A DNA stretch of 32,000 nucleotides from NCBI RefSeq assembly GCF_000284115.1, contig NC_017080.1, positions 2,880,001 through 2,912,000 on the forward strand, written 5' to 3'. The translations under genes were made by a program, and so were the position numbers. Positions 17,213 to 32,000 of this stretch are shown piece by piece; the stretch's first letter is position 1, and every line of letters begins with the position of its first letter. Under the pieces are notes generated by a model. It saw only the letters and a list, made by a program, of their open reading frames with translations, had not been told where the DNA came from and searched no databases. The stretch is from Phycisphaera mikurensis NBRC 102666 (GTDB lineage: Bacteria; Planctomycetota; Phycisphaerae; Phycisphaerales; Phycisphaeraceae).

Positions 17213-17809
17213 TTGAACGGCCACCGGATCAATCAGGCGCTCTATCAGCTCTTCCTCGGCGTCTGGTTCGGGGCGATGGTGATGCTCGTGCTGGCGGCGA
17301 CCGCGGCGTTCGGCTTCGTGCGCGACCCGCAGACCACGCTGCTCGTGCAGGTCGAGGGCTTCGGGGCCCCGCTGACGGGCTCGGCCGCCCGCGGATGGGT
17401 TGCGGGTGGGATCGTCGGCGCCGCGCTCCGCCGCCTTGAGATCCTCCAGCTGATCTGCTTCGCCGGGGTCGCCGCGGCGACGGTGCTGCAGTGCACGCTG
17501 TTCCGGGCCCGGCTCGCGGCTCGGCCCGCCTCCAAGCGCAACGGCTTGCGAATCTTCCTGCTCGTGGTCCCGGCGGCGATCGTGCTCTTCAACCTCGCGG
17601 TGGTGGCGCCGGGCATCGACGCGAACCGGTCGATGAAGTACGACCCCGCGGCGGAGGCGTCGCGGGCGCAAGCCGCCGACGAGGCCTTCGCGTTCTACCA
17701 CGGCCTCTCGACGAAGACGTACGGCGTGTCGACGCTCATGCTGCTGGGCGCGGTCGTGCTCGGGCCCTGGTGCTTCCACCGGGAAGAGGGGGCCGCCGGC
17801 CGTGGCTGA
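17213..17809 (+). CDS. Small integral membrane protein of unknown function (about four hydrophobic helices)
   Basis: TTG 17213. Hydrophobic stretches: LYQLFLGVWFGAMVMLVLAATAAFGF, WVAGGIVGAALRRLEILQLICFAGVAAATVL, LRIFLLVVPAAIVLFNLAVVAP, VSTLMLLGAVVLGPWCF. High GC3. The end overlaps the nth start by 8 nt (GTGGCTGA). Confidence 0.55.
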   Translation: MNGHRINQALYQLFLGVWFGAMVMLVLAATAAFGFVRDPQTTLLVQVEGFGAPLTGSAARGWVAGGIVGAALRRLEILQLICFAGVAAATVLQCTLFRARLAARPASKRNGLRIFLLVVPAAIVLFNLAVVAPGIDANRSMKYDPAAEASRAQAADEAFAFYHGLSTKTYGVSTLMLLGAVVLGPWCFHREEGAAGRG

Positions 17810-18482
17810 TCGCGGACTGCGAGCGACGGCCCAGCCGGCGAAGGACCGCGCCCGCGCTCGGCGGCTCTACGCGAAGCTCCGGGCGGCGTACCCCGACGCG
17901 CGGTGCGACCTGCTGCACGACTCGCCGTTCCAGCTGCTCGTTGCGACGATCCTCTCGGCGCAGTGCACCGACGCCGCGGTCAACCGGGCGACGCCGGCCC
18001 TTTTCGCCCGCTTCCCGGATCCAGCCGCGATGGCCGCCGCCGAGCCGACGGACGTCGAGCCCTTCGTGAAGACCTGTGGGTTCTTCCGCGCGAAGGCCCG
18101 GAACCTCGTGGCCGCCGCCCGCGTCGTCGAGAAGGAGTTCGGCGGCCGGGTTCCCGAAACGATGGACGGCCTGCTGAGGGTGCCCGGTGCCGCGCGGAAG
18201 ACCGCCAACGTGGTGCTGGGCAACGCCTTCGGCAAGCCCGCCGGCGTCACCGTTGACACCCACGTCGGCCGCATCAGCGTCCGCCTCGGCCTCGTCGAAG
18301 CCGACCCGAAGAACGCGATCGCCATCGAGCGCGACCTCGCCGGGCTGCTGCCGAAGAAGGACTGGACGCACTTCTCCCACGTGCTGATCTGGCACGGCCG
18401 GGCGACCTGCCGGGCGCAGAAGCCGCGGTGCGGCGACTGCGTCGTGCGACGCTCCTGCCCGCGGATCGGCCTGGTGGCGTGA
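17802..18482 (+). CDS. nth: Endonuclease III (DNA-(apurinic/apyrimidinic site) lyase, Nth)
   Basis: FQLLVATILSAQCTD; HhH-GPD segment LLRVPGAARKTANVVLGNAFG…VDTHV; C-terminal 4Fe-4S loop CRAQKPRCGDCVVRRSC (C-x6-C-x2-C-x5-C). Confidence 0.93.
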   Translation: MADRGLRATAQPAKDRARARRLYAKLRAAYPDARCDLLHDSPFQLLVATILSAQCTDAAVNRATPALFARFPDPAAMAAAEPTDVEPFVKTCGFFRAKARNLVAAARVVEKEFGGRVPETMDGLLRVPGAARKTANVVLGNAFGKPAGVTVDTHVGRISVRLGLVEADPKNAIAIERDLAGLLPKKDWTHFSHVLIWHGRATCRAQKPRCGDCVVRRSCPRIGLVA

Positions 18483-18545
18483 GGCCGGAGGAGCCGCGGC
18501 CCGGGAACGACGGGCCCCGGCAAGCGTACGGGGCCGTGACGGGGC

Positions 18546-19679
18546 TCAATCGGCGGCGGCGGCACGCCGCTGGGCGGTCCAACGGCTCTCCTCCAGCGCC
18601 CGCCGTTCCTTCGCGGGAACGATCCGCGTGACGCCCATGAGCTCGCTGCGGACGTAGACCGAAGCGGTGGCCGCGAAGACCTCCGCCGCGATGGAAGCCG
18701 CGGCGGGCGTCGTCCCGCACGCCACCAGCCCGTGCGGGCGGACGAGCAGCACCCGCGGGAGACCGTCGTTCTCCTCCACGTGCTCGGCGAGCGCGGCGGT
18801 CAACGCCTCCTCCGGGTCGCCACCGCCGTCGTCCTCGACGTGGCACGGGTAGCTGCCGCAGTGGACCACCTGGTCCGGCAGGATCGGTCCGCGGAGCGAG
18901 GCGTCCCGCACGCTCGGCCGCGAAAGCAGCGCGAGCACGCCGGCGGAGGCGTCCGTGGCGACCGGCTGGCCGTGGGTGGCGGCGGAGAACGCAGTGCCCC
19001 AGGCGCTAAGACGCTGCGGGTCCGCCGCCGGCATCTCCTCCGGCGACGCCACCTCCTGCTGCACCTGCTTCTCCGCGAGCGTCGCGAGCAGCCGCTCGAG
19101 GGCGACCCCCAGGCCGGCGGGCTCCTCGGCCTGCAGGTACACGCCGCCGTTGCTGACCAGGACCGCGGCGTCCACCGCCGGCCGCTTGCTCTTGGCGAGC
19201 ACCTTCGCCAGCGCCTTGGCGAGCACGACGCCCTCCTCGCAGCGCTCCAGCCAGAGCACCGGCACCTCGTGCTTCTTGAACCAGTCGCGGGTGAGGTACT
19301 GCCCCGAGCCGCAGCAGGTGATCGCGGCGAGGCTCTCGGGGTGGAGGTGCACGACCACCCGCCCCGGCAGCAGGTGGTGGATCAAGCTGTCGACGATCGG
19401 CGTCGCCTCGCCCCCCATGCGGGCGTTGAGCAGCATCGTGCCGAAGGCAGCGGCCCGGGGCTCGGCGTCCCGCGGGAAGCCGGTCTCCAGCAACGTGTCC
19501 AGCCGGGACCGGTCCAGCCCGACGAAGTCGTCGACGGTGAGCTCCGCGAGGCGAGCTCCGCTGCGTTTGACCCGCAGGACGCTCGCGTCCTTCATCGAGA
19601 CGTCGCCCAGGTCGGCGACGTCGTACGCCGCCCCCAGCCTGCGGGCGTTTTCGACGAGTTCGACGGGAACGGCGGCCAT
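18546..19679 (-). CDS. Class II aldolase/adducin-family protein (resembles the N-terminal aldolase part of bifunctional aldolase/short-chain dehydrogenases)
   Basis: ATG 19677-19679, stop 18546-18548. VKRSGARLAELTVDDFVGLD, the H-x-H metal motif in VVVHLHPESLAAITCC, and a second half with ILPDQVVHCG and VRPHGLVACGTT. The pattern matches the family as I remember it, but substrate specificity is unknown. Confidence 0.6.
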   Translation of the reverse strand: MAAVPVELVENARRLGAAYDVADLGDVSMKDASVLRVKRSGARLAELTVDDFVGLDRSRLDTLLETGFPRDAEPRAAAFGTMLLNARMGGEATPIVDSLIHHLLPGRVVVHLHPESLAAITCCGSGQYLTRDWFKKHEVPVLWLERCEEGVVLAKALAKVLAKSKRPAVDAAVLVSNGGVYLQAEEPAGLGVALERLLATLAEKQVQQEVASPEEMPAADPQRLSAWGTAFSAATHGQPVATDASAGVLALLSRPSVRDASLRGPILPDQVVHCGSYPCHVEDDGGGDPEEALTAALAEHVEENDGLPRVLLVRPHGLVACGTTPAAASIAAEVFAATASVYVRSELMGVTRIVPAKERRALEESRWTAQRRAAAAD

Positions 19680-19845
19680 CGGCGGACTCTAGAGCATCGT
19701 GCGCCGCACACCCGGCGGCTCCGTCCGCACGGAACGGGCCCCGCGCACGCGAAAGCGGCCCGCGGAAATCCGCGGACCGTCCTCGTTTGGCTGCGCTTTG
19801 GGCCGCGGTCCGCGGCTCGGGGAGACGCGAGACGTCCGCCCGATC

Positions 19846-19868
19846 CCGCGGCGGACGACCCGCCGCGG
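19846..19868 (-). terminator. GC hairpin 20 nt downstream of the rpoC stop (candidate terminator, no U-tract)
   Basis: ccgcggcgg-acgac-ccgccgcgg, a 9-bp perfect stem. It is followed on the minus strand by GATCGGGCGG, so it is not a canonical intrinsic terminator. Confidence 0.3.
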
Positions 19869-19888
19869 AACGGATCAGGAGGTCCCGG

Positions 19889-24397
<4,509 letters not shown>

Positions 24398-24448
24398 AGG
24401 AATCTCCCTTCGGGAGGGTTTGAGCTGGGTTGGGGGCCTGCGGGTTGC

Positions 24449-24492
24449 CGCGGACCGTGTGCCGTTGGGCGGTTCAGGAGCCACGGTCCGCG
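24449..24492 (-). other. Stem-loop in the rpoB-rpoC spacer (11-bp perfect stem, 22-nt loop)
   Basis: cgcggaccgtg (24449-24459) is the exact reverse complement of cacggtccgcg (24482-24492). Confidence 0.35.
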
Positions 24493-24514
24493 GGTGGGGA
24501 GGTGGCGGTGGCAT

Positions 24515-24541
24515 GACTCGCCCCGCGGAGCGGGGCGAGTC
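24515..24541 (-). promoter_or_regulatory. Strong hairpin (12-bp perfect GC-rich stem, 3-nt loop) 8 nt downstream of the rpoB stop; candidate attenuator or processing site
   Basis: gactcgccccgc-gga-gcggggcgagtc. On the transcript this reads UGA GUCCUUUG GACUCGCCCCGC UCC GCGGGGCGAGUC AUGCC. No U-run follows. Confidence 0.4.
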
Positions 24542-24549
24542 CAAAGGAC

Positions 24550-28365
<3,816 letters not shown>

Positions 28366-28664
28366 CGAGATCTCGGGGAGGTCCGGGGTGCGGGGAAGCT
28401 TCGGGGTCTGGGTTTGGGCGGGGCGGGCGGTGGAGCCGCCGCACGCTCCGGCGGGGGAGCGGGCGGGGTCGGGGCAGCCGGGCGGAGCGTTCTTAGACGG
28501 CTTGGGGTTGCCGTCGGTTCGGGCGATCGGGCGTGCGGGCCGACGCGGAGCCGGTCCCGCGTTGCGGACGCCACCCGCGGCCGGCCGATGCCGGAGCGTC
28601 GCAGCGGCCAACCGGAACCGGCGTCGCGGGCGCAAGGGGCGCAGGCACGACGGCGGCGCAGCAG

Positions 28665-28683
28665 AAAACCGCGTCATCCGCGG
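28665..28683 (-). terminator. Terminator/attenuator-like hairpin followed by UUUU in the rpoB upstream region
   Basis: Minus strand reads CCGCG-GAUGA-CGCGG-UUUUCUG (plus strand: aaaa 28665-28668, ccgcg 28669-28673, cgcgg 28679-28683). A T4 run is rare in this sequence. The stem is only 5 bp, so support is modest. Confidence 0.35.
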
Positions 28684-28826
28684 CGGTACGCTCTTCCGGC
28701 CTGTCGTGGTGCGACATACCCAATCAAAGCCCCTTCAACGAGTTACGGTCGACTTCGGGCGAGGAAATCCACCGTGCGACAGCCTGGCAACGCCTTTCTT
28801 CCGGGCACCCCGACCCCGAACGCGGC

Positions 28827-28855
28827 AATATAGGCAAGTGGCACGGACATTGCAA
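28827..28855 (-). promoter_or_regulatory. Near-consensus sigma70-type promoter facing rpoB
   Basis: Minus strand reads TTGCAA (28855-28850), a 17-nt spacer tgtccgtgccacttgcc, then TATATT (28832-28827). It sits in a local low-GC island about 460 nt upstream of the rpoB ATG. No experimental TSS is available. Confidence 0.45.
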
Positions 28856-28995
28856 GTGCGGCTCCGAGCCGTCGATCGTCCGCCGCGGATCGGGGCTGCC
28901 AGCGCCCTCTTTCGGCGACGGTCCGCGGATCCGCCGGCGGCCGCATGGCCGCACGCCGCCGCGGCCACCTGTGCGCGGCCCAGCCACGGGGGAGC

Positions 28996-31482
28996 TCAGT
29001 ACATGGAGACCGGATCGACGTCGACGGCCATGGCGGCGTTGCTGGTGAGGTGCCCGGCGGAGCGGACGGCGGCGAGCAGCTTCTGGATGGCTCCCGCGTC
29101 GGCGCCGGTCATCCGCAGGTCGAAGCGGAAGTGGTCGGCAACCCGCTCGATCGCGCACGGGGCCGGCGGCGTCACGGCGACGCCGGTGCCAAGCGCCGCA
29201 TCCGCGGCGACGAGCTCGGCGTGGACGGCCCCGATCGCCGCCTCGGCCTTCCTGCGGTTGAGGTCTCGGCAGACGACCCGGGCCATCCGTGTGAATGGCG
29301 GGAGGCCCGCCTCCTCGCGGATTCCCAGCTCCCGCTCCGCGAAGCCGGCGTAGTCGTGCCGGGTCGCGCTCGCGATCGTCGCGTCCTCGGGCACGAGCGT
29401 CTGCACGATGACGGTGCCGGGGTCGCGCCCGCGGCCGGCGCGGCCGGCCACCTGGGCGATCAGCTGGAAGGTCCGCTCGGCCGCGCGGAAGTCCGGCAGG
29501 TTCAGCGCGGTGTCGGCGGAGACGACGCCCACGAGCCGGACGTTCGCGACATCAAGGCCCTTGGCGATCATCTGCGTGCCCAGCAGCACCTCGGTCTCGC
29601 CGGAGACGAAGCCCGCGAGGGCGCGCTGGTAGTCGGCCGCCGACCGCATGGCGTCGGCGTCCATCCGCGTCACCGACGCGGCTCCGGCGGCGGAGCCGCC
29701 GCCTGAAAGAAGCCCCGGGAACTTGCGGATCAGCTCCTCCTCGGTCCGCTGCGTCCCCATGCCGAAGACCGAGAGCTTGTGCCCCGAGTCCGGGCAGTGC
29801 GTCGGCAGCCGCCGCTCCGCCCCGCAGTGGTGGCAGCGGACGTTCCCCTTGGGCAGGCGGAAGCCCGAGGCGGAGACCCGCTCGGTCCGCCCCGCCGGCA
29901 CGTGGTCGTGCCGGTGGTACACGCCCAACGCGTCGCAGTGGTCGCACGTCAGCAGCCACCCACAGCCCGCGTCCGGGCACGCGATGTAGTTGGCGTAGCC
30001 GCGGCGGTTGAGCAGCAGCACCACCTGGCCCCCGCCGTCGAGCGTCTCCGCGATCGCCGCCTCCAGCCGCCGCGACAGGAGGTGCACCCCCTTCCGTTCC
30101 CGCCGCTCCCGGGCGAGATCGACGACCTCCACCCTCGGCAGCTTCGCCCCCGCCACCCGATCCGGCAGCGACAGCAGGCTCCACCCTGCCTGACTTCCGC
30201 TCTTCTTTGCTTCTTCGCTTCTTCGTTTGCCGGGCAAAGCCCGGGCGTAACTCTCCAGCGCCGGCGTCGCCGACCCCAGCACCACCGGGCACCCCCGCCC
30301 CCCCGCCGCCATCGCCGCCCGCTTGATCGCGACGTCCCGGCCGTGGTACCGCGGCAGCTGGTCCTGCTTGTAGCCGGTGTCGTGCTCCTCGTCGACGATC
30401 ACCAGGTCCAGCCGCGGCAGCGGCGCGAAGACCGCGGAGCGGGCGCCGATGACGATCCGCGACGTTCCCTCGCTCACCCGCCGCCAGTGCGCGTGCCGCT
30501 GCCCGGGCGTGAGCCCCGAGTGCAGCACGGCGACACCGGCCGCGCCCGGACCGGACGAGCCGCCGAAGCGTGCCGCGAACCGCCCGACCGTCTGCGGCGT
30601 GAGCGCGATCTCCGGCACCAGCACCAGCACGCACGCCTGGGGCTCGAGCTCGCGCAGCTTCGCGATCGCCTGCAGGTAGACCTCGGTCTTCCCCGAGCCG
30701 GTCACGCCGTGCAGGAGGTCGACGTGGAAGCTTCCAAAGCGCGAGACGATCGCGTTGACCGCGTCCCGCTGCGCCGGCTCCAGCCGCTGCGCAGCGTCCG
30801 CCTCCGGCGGGGCGACCGCGTCGAGGTTGCCGGTGACGACCTCCTCGCTCCGCTCCTCAAGCCGCCCCGCCTCCAGCAACTTCTGCAGCGGCCCCGCCGT
30901 CTTCGCCCCCGCCCGCTCCAGCAACTCCTTCCGCTCCACCCAGCCAGCGCCCGCGGACTCGAGGATCGCTCGCTGCAGCTTCGTCGTCTTCTGCTGACTT
31001 CCCCGCTTCTCCGCTTCTCCGCTTCCCCGCTTGCCCTCCGCCGCTCGGTACGAGCGGCGGACGCTCACCCCCGTCCCGTGCTTCACGCTCGCCGGCAGCA
31101 TCGTCGCCAGCGTCATCCCGATCGGGCACGCGTAGTACCGGCTCATCCAGCCGGCCAGCCCGACGAGGTCGGCCGGCAGCTTCACCGCCAGCCCCAGCCG
31201 GCCGCGGACCGGCTTGATCTTCGCCGCCTCCACGCCCGCCGGCGGATCGTCCGACACCGCGACCACGAAGCCCTGGACGGGCTTGTCCCCCCGCCCCAGC
31301 GGCACCGTCACCCGATCGCCCACGCCGAGGTCGCCAAGCGAGGGAACCCCCTCCGGCACCGCGTAGGTGAAGCCGCGCGGCTCCGCGTCCACGCCCCGCT
31401 CCACCGCGACCTGCACGTAGAAGGCCGCATCGAGCCGGGGAGCGGGCGGCGTCGCGTCTTCACCGAAGAGTCCCGCGGGCAT
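28996..31482 (-). CDS. priA: Primosomal protein N' (PriA replication-restart helicase)
   Basis: ORF 28996..31488 (TTG); I prefer ATG 31480-31482, two codons in. Walker A LLHGVTGSGKTEVYL, Walker B/DEEH LVIVDEEHD, GSATPALESY, LLNRRGYA, and the Cys-rich zinc region CPDAGCGWLLTCDHCD…CHHCG…CPDSGH. Confidence 0.93.
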   Translation of the reverse strand: MPAGLFGEDATPPAPRLDAAFYVQVAVERGVDAEPRGFTYAVPEGVPSLGDLGVGDRVTVPLGRGDKPVQGFVVAVSDDPPAGVEAAKIKPVRGRLGLAVKLPADLVGLAGWMSRYYACPIGMTLATMLPASVKHGTGVSVRRSYRAAEGKRGSGEAEKRGSQQKTTKLQRAILESAGAGWVERKELLERAGAKTAGPLQKLLEAGRLEERSEEVVTGNLDAVAPPEADAAQRLEPAQRDAVNAIVSRFGSFHVDLLHGVTGSGKTEVYLQAIAKLRELEPQACVLVLVPEIALTPQTVGRFAARFGGSSGPGAAGVAVLHSGLTPGQRHAHWRRVSEGTSRIVIGARSAVFAPLPRLDLVIVDEEHDTGYKQDQLPRYHGRDVAIKRAAMAAGGRGCPVVLGSATPALESYARALPGKRRSEEAKKSGSQAGWSLLSLPDRVAGAKLPRVEVVDLARERRERKGVHLLSRRLEAAIAETLDGGGQVVLLLNRRGYANYIACPDAGCGWLLTCDHCDALGVYHRHDHVPAGRTERVSASGFRLPKGNVRCHHCGAERRLPTHCPDSGHKLSVFGMGTQRTEEELIRKFPGLLSGGGSAAGAASVTRMDADAMRSAADYQRALAGFVSGETEVLLGTQMIAKGLDVANVRLVGVVSADTALNLPDFRAAERTFQLIAQVAGRAGRGRDPGTVIVQTLVPEDATIASATRHDYAGFAERELGIREEAGLPPFTRMARVVCRDLNRRKAEAAIGAVHAELVAADAALGTGVAVTPPAPCAIERVADHFRFDLRMTGADAGAIQKLLAAVRSAGHLTSNAAMAVDVDPVSMY
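30190..30231 (-). repeat. 42-bp purine-rich (coding strand) octamer-repeat module inside priA, copy 1 (encodes GKRRSEEAKKSGSQ)
   Basis: Coding strand: GGC|AAACGAAG|AAGCGAAG|AAGCAAAG|AAGAGCGG|AAGTCAG. It spans exactly 14 codons in phase with priA and is much lower in GC than its surroundings. Confidence 0.8.
30994..31035 (-). repeat. 42-bp purine-rich octamer-repeat module inside priA, copy 2 (encodes GKRGSGEAEKRGSQ)
   Basis: Coding strand: GGC|AAGCGGGG|AAGCGGAG|AAGCGGAG|AAGCGGGG|AAGTCAG. It matches copy 1 at 33 of 42 positions by my hand alignment and has the same length and codon phase. Confidence 0.8.
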
Positions 31483-31572
31483 GGCCAAACGTAGCCGCGG
31501 ACCGCAGCCGCTCCGCCGCGGAAGCCCCCGCGATCCGCGGCGGCGCAGGCGGCTGGCGGGTCGCCGGCCGGT

Positions 31573-32000
31573 TCAGCCGCTCAGCGTCGGGTAGTCGGTG
31601 TAGCCGTGTGCGTCGCCGCCGTAGAAGGCGTCGGTGATCGGCTCGTTGTAGGGGCCGCCCCGCTCCAGCCGCTCGGGCAGGTCGGGGTTGGCGAGGTACA
31701 GGCGGCCGAAGGCGATGAGGTCGGCGTCGCCGGCGTCGAGCTTCTCGATCGCCCGCTCGCGGTCGTAGTCGCCGCAGGCGATCAAGGTGTTGCCGAAGTG
31801 CGGGCGGAGCTTCGCCGCCTCGAACTCGCCGGCGCCGTGGCGGAAGTCGCCGGCGCTGGGCTCGTTCACGTGGAGGTAGACCAGGCCGATGCGGTCCATC
31901 TCCCCCGCCAGGTGGGAGAAGGTCTCCTCGGGGTCGTGGTCGTGCATGTCGCCGAAGGTGCCGGTGGGCGAGACGCGGATGCCGACGCGGTCGGCGCCCC
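31573..32000 (-). CDS. Old Yellow Enzyme-family NAD(P)H:flavin oxidoreductase (NemA/alkene reductase-like), C-terminal part; 5' end lies outside the window
   Basis: The frame is open from the window edge (…GADRVGIRVSPTGTFGDMHDHDPEE…) to the stop at 31573. OYE-like C-terminal segments: YLHVNEP, IACGDYDRERA, ADLIAFGRLYLANPDLPERL, YGGDAHGYTDYP. Confidence 0.88.
   Translation of the reverse strand, partial: GADRVGIRVSPTGTFGDMHDHDPEETFSHLAGEMDRIGLVYLHVNEPSAGDFRHGAGEFEAAKLRPHFGNTLIACGDYDRERAIEKLDAGDADLIAFGRLYLANPDLPERLERGGPYNEPITDAFYGGDAHGYTDYPTLSG

Noticed and set aside
19680-19888. Additional short CCGCGG-based inverted repeats (e.g. cgcgga-aa-tccgcg near 19758-19771, gccgcg-gt-cgcggc near 19802-19815), and similar ones at 10983-10997 and 7700-7790.
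   Set aside because: Stems of 5-6 bp built from the self-complementary CCGCGG/GCCGCG hexamers are expected by chance at this base composition. They are not reported as features.
28493-28723. A 76-codon ORF ([25 protein letters not shown]…) in the rpoB upstream region, preceded by GAAGGGG.
   Set aside because: Its third-position GC is visibly lower than in the neighbouring real genes. The sequence is Pro/Ala/Arg-rich with no motif, and the terminator-like hairpin lies inside it. It cannot be excluded as a leader peptide, but it is not supportable as a gene.
28781-28815. A CCCGGAAGAAAGGC…GCCAGG segment on the minus strand that superficially recalls the SRP (4.5S) RNA GGAA tetraloop helix.
   Set aside because: The flanking bases do not form the conserved helix-8 pairing or the symmetric and asymmetric loops when I try to fold it by hand. 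The resemblance is limited to GGAA plus a few purines.

Overview
Very GC-rich bacterial chromosomal segment (well above 65% GC by eye, with extreme GC3 in the real genes). This makes long spurious 'shadow' ORFs appear in nearly every frame. It is mostly a core-genome region. I see no transposase, integrase, CRISPR array, tRNA, rRNA or recognisable defence system. Supported genes, left to right: dnaE 3' end (+); a ~500-bp tandem palindrome-bearing repeat array; an orphan solute-binding protein (-); ispH (+); a translationally coupled hypothetical protein plus lipoprotein pair (+); a membrane-anchored Ser/Thr kinase (-); cysNC and cysD (-); a REC/HD-GYP response regulator (-); a large GAF-PAS-PAS hybrid histidine kinase whose REC-REC-HPt half is in a different frame (-); a PEP-CTERM-tagged PQQ-type sugar dehydrogenase (+); a small membrane protein (+); nth (+); a class II aldolase-like protein (-); rpoC and rpoB (-); priA (-); and the 3' end of an Old Yellow Enzyme-type flavin oxidoreductase (-). 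The gene content (STK with TM anchor, PEP-CTERM protein, long RpoC, high GC) is compatible with a Planctomycetota/Phycisphaerae-like organism, but that is only an inference. I found no convincing novel multi-gene system. The unusual signals are mostly non-coding or sub-genic: (1) five tandem ~107-bp units, each with two 17-nt perfect palindromes; (2) two in-frame copies of a 42-bp purine-rich octamer-repeat module inside priA; (3) a 1-nt frame break in the hybrid kinase; (4) a CysC-like domain with a degenerate active-site motif; (5) a ~630-bp rpoB upstream region holding a near-consensus promoter, a terminator-like hairpin and a strongly strand-asymmetric G-tract block; (6) strong hairpins in the rpoB-rpoC spacer. 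All protein calls rest on motif recognition by eye from the supplied translations. No database search was possible.
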